The position numbers and the translations under genes were made by a program. Under the pieces are notes generated by a model that saw only the letters and a list, made by a program, of their open reading frames with translations, was not told where the DNA came from and did no database searches. A DNA stretch of 61,414 nt, the filler included, from Nemertoderma westbladi (taxonomy: Eukaryota; Animalia; Xenacoelomorpha), in assembly GCA_032718475.1 (NCBI GenBank). It is 3 parts of 3 records of this genome, joined end to end, with 100 filler letters (N's around TTAATTAATTAA, not from the genome) between each part and the next. Parts side by side here need not be neighbours in the genome. Positions count along the whole stretch, not along the records: positions 23,368 to 52,843 come from JAUCBJ010005403.1; positions 52,944 to 61,414 come from JAUCBJ010003011.1; 1 more part is not named here. One strand, given 5' to 3'. This document shows positions 49,601 to 61,414 of this stretch, one piece after another (within the stretch, counting starts at the first letter, position 1; each line of letters begins with the position of its first letter).

Positions 49601-51100
49601 TATGTATGGTGGTAAACATTTTTACAAACAGTTACAATTGCAAGTCTGGATTTTTCAACAGAAATGCCACATTTAACTGAAACTTCAGCACAAGCAGATT
49701 TTATATCAGTAGTGCAGTCTCTGGTCTTTCTAATAGCTGGCTTTGTAATTTCGATTGGATCTGTTTGTGCACTAGCATTTATCAATGGAACTGTACTTCT
49801 AATAATAACTGATCTATTTTTGGATTGGTTGATACTAATGTTAAGCCCAGCACTATGGATTACATTAGTAATGCGGAGGTCCGGCCACTAGAGGCCAGTG
49901 GAATTACCGGACACAATCGGCCTCACAGGCGTCAGTTATCTCCTGACGGGCTGCCTGTCTCACCCCCTACTGGAGAGAGAGCAGCCAACAATTCTTTGAG
50001 TCCCTTTCCTGATGACCTTTCTGGCCCAAACCCTGGGTTACCAGGGAGGCTAGATTGTGATGGGGAGAGGGATTCTGGAGTTGGAGGCTACTCTCATGTT
50101 CCACCCCGACCAACAAAGCCATTGGTGAATCTGAGGCAAGTCACTAGACTAGCCTCAGTAAACACCCTAACACTCGGGTCCCCAATGCGACAAGTGAGCT
50201 GACTGCCATGGCAGATAAGCTTTCTCTTAGCGCAGTGGGTGTTCAAGAGCACCGAATGCAGACTGGACAGACTGATGAGGTTCTGATTAAGGACATGGGG
50301 GGCGGTTGGCGACTCGCCCTCGCGTCAGCAGATGATAGTGGCAATGGTGGAATTGGTCTATTGATGAATCCAACTGCACATGCAGCATTGGACAAAATAG
50401 ACCAAATCTCTAACCGCATCATCCATTGCCACTTCTCATGTTCTGGAAGACTGGCAAAGAAGTTTCCTAAGGTGGTTCTGATTGTGTGCTACTCTCCAAC
50501 TAGTGTTGCCCCTGTAGAGGAGGTGGAAAATTTCTACCACAATCTACAAGCAGCTACTGATGGAGTGGATCAGCATGCATTCTTAACATTCCTGGGAGAC
50601 TTTAATGCAAGTCTGCATCAATCACCTACATCGCCCTGGGTCTATAGCAATAGTGTTAACCGAAATTCTGTCCATCTTCAGGATTTTATCTCTGGAAATG
50701 GATTGTTTTCGGCTGGAACCCAGTTCAAGAAGCGAGAATATCCCAACTTTTTGGCTTTTTGGAATATCCTCCCTCCTTGGTGGTTGTAATGTTAAATCTC
50801 TTCGCCGGTGTTACTATGTGCATGATCCTTGCTTCGAGGATCCTTCCCTCCATCAACGTCCTCCGCTGAGTCAGAGTGCGCAGATCGACGATCTGCCTAT
50901 GAGCAGCCATTCTCTGAAACATACTATAATAAAAACTTACTAGGACCACATTAGTACCAGCAGCTGGTGTTTCTATCGTTGAGTTGAAGGCAATTATCGT
51001 GTTTTCATTTTCGCTCACTCAGGGTACTGCGGTACTGGTTTGAGGGGCAGGTTCGTTTAAAGCCAGCTTGCTGGCTTTCTAGTAATATTTCTTATAAATT
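46698..51100 (-). mobile_element. DDE DNA transposon relic (hAT-like), transposase frameshifted (47281-49785); 5' end not found
   Basis: TAGGGG terminus at 46698. Motifs RYDTTSR, IMTDAATKN, LLCKSHT (CxxH), ERRFTKLG and LPTNNIVAERELAVFD lie across four minus-strand ORFs. Confidence 0.7.
49871..50745 (+). pseudogene. RTE-clade LINE 5' fragment (APE endonuclease) inserted in the transposase
   Basis: Motifs LASVNTLTL, VGVQEHR, GGIGLLM, IVCYSPT, FLGDFNA and TQFKKR. Confidence 0.85.
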
Positions 51101-51399
51101 GGGTCGCCTTCACGCCTAAAATACATATATTATTTTTAAAACACAAATTTTCTGTTAATACCTGCCTGTGAACAATCCTCTGTGTGCCTTCCTTTGGGTT
51201 GGGGTGCAGATTAAGGGGGGGGGGGGGGGGGGGGGTAGGGGGTTGAAAGCGAGCAACTTTCCCCTCTTATGATTTATTTGCGGTTTGGTTAATTTCTTAA
51301 ATACAGATTTCGTGGTCTCAATTTTAATTTGTATCTCTTAACTGAGCCTCATGCTGCGCAAAGGCCCCACGAACGTGTACGATTGCATAACGAAAATCC

Positions 51400-52095
51400 A
51401 TGCCCACCATTGCAAGGGTGAGTTTTCTATTGTTCCATATATAAACCTTGGGACAGTATTTCAGCCTGAAGCTGTTCTGTGATACCTGCGAATTCCAACA
51501 CAAATTCTCAAATGTACACTGTGAATTCTATAAATATGGCGCATGGAAAATTAATCTACGTGCTGTTTTGGCTTTTTAGATTATGGGTGAAAATCAAAAC
51601 GGCGCAAAACTGTTCTCTGAGGTATTTGGAATTCATATGCCAGTCACAAAAAGTCGTTGGATGGTATATGTTTCAACAATAAGTACAGCTGTCATAAAAC
51701 TATCTCTTGGAAACTCCCAAAATGAAGCCAAAAAATTATGGGAAAATCTAGCATTGGATGATCCGGACCGAGGTCCTGATAAAGTCTACAATATACCAGT
51801 TACTTTTGATGCCACATGGCAAAAGCGTAGACACATCTCTCTATTATGTGGCCTATATTATGTCTACCACGTCAGGTGCAGTGTTGGACATAATGGTTGT
51901 TTCGAAATATTGCAATATTTGCCACAAATGACAAATATAGCAAACTGACCCATGTACCAAGCCATAAATGTGGTGCTAATTTCCGGGGTAGTAGTGGTGC
52001 TATGGAGACATTTGCAGCTTCTGTTTTATGGTCTTGCTCAGTGGAACGCCACAATCTTTGTTATACAGAACTTTGATGGAGACAGTGCTGTTATC
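51400..52095 (+). pseudogene. Kolobok-type ('Mutator-like') transposase relic
   Basis: Motifs across frames: VTFDATWQKRRHISL, GAVLDIMVVSKYCNIC, HKCGANFRGSSGAME and DGDS. Confidence 0.75.
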
Positions 52096-52843
52096 GCAAA
52101 ACAGGGGGGGGGGGGGGGCTACTACGAAATGTGTCCCTTTTATTGTTCAACCGGAGCACCGGCTCTGGGCCAGGTTTGCCCTGTCCGGCTCCAGACCGGC
52201 CCTGGTAAAATAGTTGCCGGAGCTCCAGTAAAAAATTACATGTCCTGCAAAGCAAAAATGAAGAAATCGTGAAGTCAGTGTGTACAGATGTATGCAGTGT
52301 ATGTAGTACTGCAGTACTGTACCCGGTACCGTTACCGTGTATGCTGGTACAGTGGTATGCAATAAAATGCAGTAGGCCCCTAACTAATTGAAATCCTCTG
52401 ATCAATACATTATATTGGAAGGAAGTGGACAACCGACCGGTAGCAGGACAATATATATGTATATGATTAGTACACTACTATGGCCTTCGTCCAGTGGATA
52501 CTCTCCCCCCTGCTCTCATTGGCTGCTGGCCCACTTCACGCCTCTCACCTCTGTGGGAGTGCTTCCCCCCCCCCCCCCCCCCCCCCCCGCTGCTGTTACT
52601 TTCCTCTCCCGGAGGTTTAACCTCTGACCTCCCTTTGTGTGGCCCTTCGGGGTTTGTTGTCCCCGTTTATTGGGTGTGTGATACGAGGTTAATTGGGGAT
52701 TAAGGGGATTAACCTCGTATACCCAATATTGCTAAAAGGTGCCACTTCCCAACTTTATGGGGGTTGGTGAGGCGGAATTGAATCCGCTCACACTCCCCCC
52801 CCCCCCCCCCATGCTATCTTCTCGGTGAGAAGATAGCATCAAC

Positions 52844-52943
52844 NNNNNNNNNNNNNNNNNNNNNNNNNNNNNNNNNNNNNNNNNNNNTTAATTAATTAAN
52901 NNNNNNNNNNNNNNNNNNNNNNNNNNNNNNNNNNNNNNNNNNN
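52844..52943. other. Artificial contig linker: 44 N + TTAATTAATTAA + 44 N
   Basis: Identical to the linker at 23268. Confidence 0.97.
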
Positions 52944-55153
52944 GCGGATACCTACAGCAGCAGTAGAACCAGTACTCTTATGGGAGTCCATGCTACAGTG
53001 GATACCTACAGCAGCAGTAGAACCAGTACTCTTATGGGAGTCCATGCTGCAGTGGATACCTACAGCAGCAGTAGAACCAGTACTCTTATAGGAGTCCATG
53101 CTGCAGTAGAACCAGTACTCTTATGGGAGTCCATGCTGCAGTAGAACCAGTACTCTTATGGGAGTCCATGCTGCAGTGGATACCTACAGCAGCAGTAGAA
53201 CCAGTACTCTTATAGGAGTCCATGCAGCAGTAGAACCAGTACTCTTATGGGAGTCCATGCTGCAGTAGAACCAGTACTCTTATGGGAGTCCATGCTGCAG
53301 TAGAACCAGTACTCTTATGGGAGTCCATGCTGCAGTAGAACCAGTACTCTTATGGGAGTCCATGCTGCAGTAGAACCAGTACTCTTATGGGAGTCCATGC
53401 TGCAATAGAACCAGTACTCTTATGGGAGTCCATGCTGCAGTAGAACCAGTACTCTTATGGGAGTCCATGCTGCAGTAGAACCAGTACTCTTATGGGAGTC
53501 CATGCTGCAGTGGATACCAGTACTCTTATGGGAGTCCATGCTGCAGTAGAACCAGTACTCTTATGGGAGTCCATGCTGCAGTAGAACCAGTACTCTTATG
53601 GGAGTCCATGCTGCAGTGGATACCTACAGCAGCAGTAGAACCAGTACTCTTATAGGAGTCCATGCAGCAGTAGAACCAGTACTCTTATGGGAGTCCATGC
53701 AGCAGTAGAACCAGTACTCTTATAGGAGTCCATGCTGCAGTGGATACCTACAGCAGCAGTAGAACCAGAACTCGTATGGGAGTCCATGCTGCAGTGGATA
53801 CCTACAGCAGCAGTAGAACCAGTACTCTTATAGGAGTCCATGCTGCAGTGGATACCTACAGCAGCAGTAGAACCAGTACTCTTATGGGAGTCCATGCTGC
53901 AGTGGATACCTACAGCAGCAGTAGAACCAGTACTCTTATAGGAGTCCATGCTGCAGTGGATACCTGCAGCAGCAGTAGAACCAGTACTCTTATGGGAGTC
54001 CATGCAGCAGTAGAACCAGTACTCTTATAGGAGTCCATGCTGCAGTGGATACCTACAGCAGCAGTAGAACCAGTACTCTTATAGGAGTCCATGCTGCAGT
54101 GGATACCTACAGCAGCAGTAGAACCAGTACTCTTATGGGAGTCCATGCTGCAGTGGATACCTACAGCAGCAGTAGAACCAGTACCCTTATGGGAGTCCAT
54201 GCTGCAGTGGATACCTACAGCAGCAGTAGAACCAGTACTCTTATAGGAGTCCATGCTGCAGTGGATACCTACAGCAGCAGTAGAACCAGTACTCTTATGG
54301 GAGTCCATGCTGCAGCGGATACCTACAGCAGCAGTAGAACCAGTACTCTTATGGGAGTCCATGCTGCAGTGGATACCTACAGCAGCAGTAGAACCAGTAC
54401 TCTTATGGGAGTCCATGCTGCAGTGGATACCTACAGCAGCAGTAGAACCAGTACTCTTATAGGAGTCCATGCTGCAGTGGATGTACAGCAGCAGTAGAAC
54501 CAGTACTCTTATGGGAGTCCATGCTGCATTAGAACCAGTACTCTTATGGGAGTCCATGCTGCAGTAGAACCAGTACTCTTATGGGAGTCCATGCTGCAAT
54601 AGAACCAGTACTCTTATGGGAGTCCATGCTGCAGTAGAACCAGTACTCTTATGGGAGTCCATGCTGCAGTAGAACCAGTACTCTTATGGGAGTCCATGCT
54701 GCAGTGGATACCAGTACTCTTATGGGAGTCCATGCTGTAGTAGAACCAGTACTCTTATGGGAGTCCATGCTGCAGTAGAACCAGTACTCTTATGGGAGTC
54801 CATGCTGCAGTGGATACCAGTACTCTTATGGGAGTCCATGCTGGAGTGGATGTACAGCAGCAGTAGAACCAGTACTCTTATGGGAGTCCATGCTGCAGTG
54901 GATACCTACAGCAGCAGTAGAACCAGTACTCTTATGGGAGTCCATGCTGCAGTGGATACCAGTACTCTTATGGGAGTCCATGCTGCAGTAGAACCAGTAC
55001 TCTTATGGGAGTCCATGCTGCAGTAGAACCAGTACTCTTATGGGAGTCCATGCTGCAGTGGATACCAGTACTCTTATGGGAGTCCATGCTGCAGTGGATG
55101 TACAGCAGCAGTAGAACCAATACTCTTATGGGAGTCCATGCTGCAGTGGATAC
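52944..55153. repeat. Satellite of mixed 35-bp (GCAGTAGAACCAGTACTCTTATGGGAGTCCATGCT) and 54-bp (+GCAGTGGATACCTACAGCA) units
   Basis: Visible directly; the array begins at the contig edge, so its true length is unknown. Confidence 0.95.
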
Positions 55154-55799
55154 CAAATCTATGGATAACAAGAATATTCTCACGATATATACAATGTCAA
55201 TGATCTGGTTTGAACAGATGGGGTGGTAGAAAATGCAATAATGATGAAGCAGACATTGCAACCGCAAAATATATATGAAGTATTGACAAGATCTCGGAGA
55301 AAATTTTCCTCTTAGAATTAGTGGAATTTATTAAAAATTTGATAAAAATTGCTGGGTCGGTTCTAAAGATAAAGTCGATTAACCCAACCGCCGCAGTAGT
55401 CAGTCAACAGCCAGTCAGATCATTACAGAAAGCAAATTATTGATTGATAGAGCCTACTCTCAGCCGAATCAAAATATTAAAAGTAATAGCAAATGGGAGG
55501 AGATTAAATATGATTACCAATACATACTAGTGTACAATATTATAGTGAAAGAATTGGCACCTATTGTAACTTAATGACGTCACCTGCCTTTTATGCCAAC
55601 AGAATTTCACAATTTTGCAGATGACTTCAAAAGTAATATGACAATATAATAATTAATAATGATTAAATTAGTAATGCACGGGATATTTACGGTGGCTGAA
55701 TGTGGTCAATTTTATTAATTATTAGAATTGGAAATATAAAAAGAAATTAATGAAATATAATTAATTCAACTGTCATGCCATCTGTCCGGGCATTCGATA

Positions 55800-57014
55800 T
55801 CCCCCTTTAGACCAACTCACGATGCTGGGCGCTCCTATAGGTGACTCCGCAATAGAATCCTGCCTCACAGCAAAGGTCGGTGACTTTTCGACCTTTGTCA
55901 GCCGTTTACCACTCCTGGACGGTTCTTCCTCCTGAGGAACTCATTTGCCATCCCACGGCTAACATATTTCCTCACATTGCCAACACGAGAGTCAATGACC
56001 CAGCCTGGGCCCAGGCTTGCCTCCCCACCCGGGTTGGCGGTCTCGGACTGAGTTCTGCTGTGCAGCTCGCGCCATCAGCCTTTCTGGCCTCTGCGGCTAC
56101 CTGCTCTACGCTCTCCGACCGCCTGTTCCCGCCATCCATGGCATCCAGTCCTGCAGCCGAGTTAACCCTCGCAGCAAGGAGCTCATCCCTACCTCCCAGC
56201 TCGCCATTACCGACTGTATCAGACCAGCGTGTGTGGATGGCCCCCATCCATGAGGAGACCCTCTCTACACTGCGTCTTGTCGCCTCACCTGCAGACATAG
56301 CACGCCTCAACTCCCTTAATGACCCCACGGCCGGGTGTTATGCACTACCGAGCGCTGCACTAGGTCTAAAGCTCAACGACACCCAGTTTCGCATAGCCAT
56401 CGCCACGAGGCTGGGGTGCAAAGTCGTTGAGCCCCACTCCTGTGACCGGTGTGGCAAGCCAGTGTCCTCCGACGGACTCCACGGCCTCTCCTGCAGGTCG
56501 AGTGCTGGCCGGTTTCCTCGTCACACGATGTTAAACGACATCATTCGACGGGCACTGGTCAGCTGTGGCATTCCATCCACATTGGAGCCCCCCGGCCTAT
56601 GCAGGAGAGACGGGAAGCGAGTCGACGGCCTGACGCTGGTGCCGTGGAGCCACGGCCGCACCCTCACCTGGGATGCCACTTGACCCCCTCGCCCCGAGCT
56701 ACATCCAACAAACGATTGTAGCCGGTGGTCGGACTGCAGAACGGAGGGAAAGGGAGAAGCACCAGACGTACCTGGAGGTGATAGAGCGGGGACACCTCTT
56801 CCACCCGGTTGCATTCGAGACCTTTGGCCGGCCTGGTCCGGAGACAGCCACATTCATCCTCGAGTTAGGGTCCTGCCTACACGCCGCCCCCGCCCCGTCG
56901 CACCAGTTTCTCCTCCAGAGGATTGAGGTCGCCATTGCGATCGGGAATGCCGCCTCCATCATGGCTACAACTGGTTCGTCATCCCGGGGACTGTTCGATG
57001 ACTTGCTGGACTAA
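55800..57014 (+). pseudogene. CRE-like RLE non-LTR retrotransposon, 3' portion, internally deleted and frameshifted at ~56680
   Basis: Motifs MLGAPIG, LPTRVGGLGL, CDRCG..DGLHGLSC..RH..LNDII, DGKRVDG..WDAT, EREKH..Y and PVAFETFG. Confidence 0.9.
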
Positions 57015-57091
57015 TTAAATAAATCTAATTAATTTTATTGCAATATTATTTATTATGTTGTAACTGGGTAAATATTATTGGTGGAATTAAA

Positions 57092-58400
57092 TTAATTAAT
57101 TAAAATTAATACAATTAATTAAAATTAATACAATTAATTAAAATTAATACAATTAATTAAAATTAATACAATTAATTAAAATTAATACAATTAATTAAAA
57201 TTAATACAATTAATTAAAATTAATACAATTAATTAAAATTAATACAATTAATTAAAATTAATACAATTAATTAAAATTAATACAATTAATTAAAATTAAT
57301 ACAATTAATTAAAATTAATACAATTAATTAAAATTAATACAATTAATTAAAATTAATACAATTAATTAAAATTAATACAATTAATTAAAATTAATACAAT
57401 TAATTAAAATTAATACAATTAATTAAAATTAATACAATTAATTAAAATTAATACAATTAATTAAAATTAATACAATTAATTAAAATTAATACAATTAATT
57501 AAAATTAATACAATTAATTAAAATTAATACAATTAATTAAAATTAATACAATTAATTAAAATTAATACAATTAATTAAAATTAATACAATTAATTAAAAT
57601 TAATACAATTAATTAAAATTAATACAATTAATTAAAATTAATACAATTAATTAAAATTAATACAATTAATTAAAATTAATACAATTAATTAAAATTAATA
57701 CAATTAATTAAAATTAATACAATTAATTAAAATTAATACAATTAATTAAAATTAATACAATTAATTAAAATTAATACAATTAATTAAAATTAATACAATT
57801 AATTAAAATTAATACAATTAATTAAAATTAATACAATTAATTAAAATTAATACAATTAATTAAAATTAATACAATTAATTAAAATTAATACAATTAATTA
57901 AAATTAATACAATTAATTAAAATTAATACAATTAATTAAAATTAATACAATTAATTAAAATTAATACAATTAATTAAAATTAATACAATTAATTAAAATT
58001 AATACAATTAATTAAAATTAATACAATTAATTAAAATTAATACAATTAATTAAAATTAATACAATTAATTAAAATTAATACAATTAATTAAAATTAATAC
58101 AATTAATTAAAATTAATACAATTAATTAAAATTAATACAATTAATTAAAATTAATACAATTAATTAAAATTAATACAATTAATTAAAATTAATACAATTA
58201 ATTAAAATTAATACAATTAATTAAAATTAATACAATTAATTAAAATTAATACAATTAATTAAAATTAATACAATTAATTAAAATTAATACAATTAATTAA
58301 AATTAATACAATTAATTAAAATTAATACAATTAATTAAAATTAATACAATTAATTAAAATTAATACAATTAATTAAAATTAATACAATTAATTAAAATTA
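57092..58400. repeat. Essentially perfect 19-bp AT satellite (CAATTAATTAAAATTAATA) x~68
   Basis: The single C recurs every 19 bp from 57112 to 58385. Confidence 0.97.
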
Positions 58401-61242
58401 AAATTAATTAAAATTAATTCAACCAGAAAAAAAATAATGAAATATAATTTAGCTGATAAAGAAATTAATGAAATATTTAAACAGAAAAAAAATTCATTTA
58501 AAATATTTAAACAGAAAAAAATACATTTAAAATATTTCAACCAGAAAAAAAATAATGGAATTTGTTCGGCTTGCACTAAGATGCGGTTCCGGTGGTCCCA
58601 AAACATGGCACCCCCAGATATCACAGTCAACCACATACACCTTAAGGTGTATGTGGTACAGTAAGTAAGTACAGGTTTATCCATATTCTCAAGTTGTGTC
58701 CTAGCGTAGGTGTTTGAGGAAAGTCAATGGCTGTCCACCGCGCCTATTCTCACCAACAGGCTGCCATATCACGAGTTTGTGTATCATTCGAAAGCTGCTG
58801 GACCATGGAGTCAACCCTCCAGGCCCGTATGGTGGTCATAATATCTGGGGGGGCAGAGGCCAAATCTGAGGGGGCAAACCCAACACTGGGATTTGGGGAG
58901 CATACAACAAAGTGAGAGTTCATTTAATGCATAAAGTAAAATCAATATTGTTGAAAGGTGTCTGGGGCGAGCCACAAAGTTGGCGGAGCCTTGGCGAACT
59001 GACACTGTTAATGAGTATGTCAATAATGGCAAATAGTTGTTGACGTAACAATTTCATTAACGTAACTTTCAAATAACTTTGTCAAATGTCCTCCCATTTC
59101 TTTGCTTTTAATCCATTTAAGCGGAAACTTGGCAGAATTGTACTCGACAATTACCTGTGAGTGACATTTAAACTTTTTCTGAGGTCTTAAATCGACTCTA
59201 GCTTTCCAGACTACCTCCAGGTGTAAGATGATCATGGGACATCTGCTTAGATTTTGCTTATATTTCTTTCGAGTTGACACTTACATAAGTTTATGTGACG
59301 TGCTGCGCGAAGGACCCACTTCAGGTATTATATGGTTAAGGTCTTTAAGTTAAAACAAATTATATGGATACCAGCGCAAGCAACCCTCAGCGCCTAGCCT
59401 TTTAGCTGCAGGAGCAAGCTGGCTCCAAAATTATAGACATATAGATAATGTGTTAACAACAGACAACCCCTGGTAGCCAATGCAGCAATGAGACAACCTG
59501 CAGCTTTCGGGTATTTTTAGTAATTACAAAGGTAGGTTAATGTCATGTAGTATTATATAATTGGACCAAAATGGGATGGTGGGGAGTCAGGTCAGTGTGT
59601 AGAAGTGTGCATCCTTAGTATATCAATGTGTATCCAATAATATTAATCACTTGAGTCAACACTATTATTATTAATTAATTGTGAACAAGACGAGTGAACA
59701 AGACATGTCTGGGGGGCAGTGGAACTTGTCGGGGGCGGCAAGCGTTTTGCTCAAATATACTGTATGTGCATTTTATTTACCTACATATGTTATCTTTGTC
59801 TGATGCGTTTTGCCCAAATATAATGTGCACTTTATTTACCTATGTTGTACTTATCCTATTTCCTACTGCCATGATAAACCGTGCGTATCTACTTATATAT
59901 ATATATATATTCCTTATATATATATTTTATCTAATATAATACCGGCTCGTCCGGGTGTTTTATGAAATGAAATGAATGTACAGGTTCATCCTGCCGACAA
60001 AAACAGCGTCCAACGAGCTTTAGGTGGAGTCTGCAGGGTGATGCCGGTCTAGGCATTGATATCTTACCATAGTTATTTATATAACACCTCAATGCTTCTG
60101 CGTGCATCGTGGAAGGTAATGTTGTGCAGTGGCAGCATCCTAGACATGGTGTCTTCAGTAGTAGGCATTGGCTGCCCTCACCCCAGCAGAACCAACGCAA
60201 ATTTATTGTAATAATAACTCAAGCGTTTTAACGGACCCTTTATCATTTCAGATTGTTTCAACACTTTTTTGAAATATAGGACCAAAGCTAGATAGGGCTA
60301 TAAGTCAATTCCAAACAGCTCTCGGTGCCTTCTATCTTTTATATAAAAACGCGATCGTCCAAATTCATTTTCTCAGATTGAAACTACCCCCGCCCGTGGA
60401 AGTACAGTACCATATTCTACAGTTAAAAGAAGACACTTCATTTGACAAAAAAATCATTTCCTTGAATTAAATATTTCCTTGTAAAATTATAAAAATAGGG
60501 TCGGAGGCCATTGCTAACGGGTGCTGGTCGCTTCGCCGCAAGTCATCTCGCCGCGGATAATGTGCGGCGAGTTGTCTTTACGGGGATGTGTCTTACTGCG
60601 AATGCCATTTCGCCGCAAATTATCGGACACCTCGCCGCAAGTCAATATCAATCATTTATTTCTATATTTACAGGGAAGCCTACTAAGCCTGGTTATGGCA
60701 TTGGACATTATTATAAGAAGAAATAAAAAATACGGTAAGGTTTGTTGTTCTATTATAATAATTACTGTATTATTATAGATACAGTAAGAGTATAATTGAG
60801 TAATGAATTAGATTATAGTAAAATAGTCCTAATCGTATGTTTGTCAAAAATGTTGATTATAAAAATCAGTTGTTTAAAACAAGTGACGACGTTATGAAAG
60901 GTTCATGAAACGTTATGGAAAAAAATATATATTTAAAATTGTAAATGTATGCCTCGGCCTATTTCACTAGTTCAAATTTGGAATAAAACATTTCGTATCG
61001 AATAAAACATGGGTCGTATATCCATGTGTTGCCAGTGGAGCACGGGCCTTAGCAGTTAACCCCATGTAGTAGTAGTAGTTCCGGGATAGGCCCGGCCCTT
61101 TATTATCCGAAATATATAATAATATTAAAAATAATTAGTCAACTCCCAAATCACGTAATATGTAAGTTAATCTAATGTAAATAATGTTTATCAGACAGTC
61201 GCCGAAATAGCGATTGCTAGTACTTCAGCAGACCGTCGATGG

Positions 61243-61414
61243 GAGGAGTTGGGGTGGGGGGGGGGGGGTTGGGCAAGGTGGGTTGGGTGGGAGGAGGGGG
61301 GCGGGGAAGGGGGGGTGGCCAAGGTGGGTTGGGCAAGGTGGGTTGGGTGGGAGGAGGGGGGCGGGGAAGGGGGGGGGGGGGTGGCCAAGGTGGGTTGGGC
61401 AAGGTGGGTTGGGT
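61243..61414 (+). repeat. G-rich ~60-bp tandem repeat (G-quadruplex-prone), running off the window end
   Basis: GGGCAAGGTGGGTTGGGTGGGAGGAGGGGGGCGGGGAAGGGG.. repeated 2-3 times. Confidence 0.85.

Noticed and set aside
52896-55267. ORFs (MDSHKSTGSTAAVGIHCS)n and related
   Set aside because: Translations of 54-bp satellite units, broken by 35-bp units.
58400-61240. Short ORFs and CGCCGC-repeat segment (60520-60640)
   Set aside because: No recognisable protein motifs. The repeat segment may be a DNA-transposon end, but no partner TIR lies in the window.

Overview
AT-rich, intron-containing animal-type (probably invertebrate) genomic DNA. It consists of three contigs joined by artificial 100-bp linkers (44 N + TTAATTAATTAA + 44 N at 23268-23367 and 52844-52943). 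Most of the window is repeats: satellite arrays with 34-bp, 39/35-bp, 35/54-bp and 19-bp units, and stacked transposable elements. The elements include a young, apparently intact Gypsy, BEL/Pao gag remains and solo LTRs, a long-TIR hAT, P-element and Kolobok-like transposase relics, RTE, CRE-like and CR1-like LINE fragments, and MITEs. Most short ORFs in the supplied track are repeat or antisense artefacts. Three things stand out. (1) A spliced 123-aa secreted protein that the ORF track misses: signal peptide + ShKT domain + a six-cysteine hydrophobic domain I do not recognise (3055-5069). Its first coding intron holds a 51-bp repeat that reads like an RR-delimited peptide precursor. (2) A three-level nest, solo LTR > hAT > solo LTR, each with its own target-site duplication (TSD). 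(3) Inside the innermost LTR, six minus-strand hairpins that each combine a K-turn consensus with a C(UUCG)G tetraloop and vary in structure-preserving ways. No rRNA, tRNA or CRISPR array could be supported. All family assignments come from motif recognition by eye, not from database searches.
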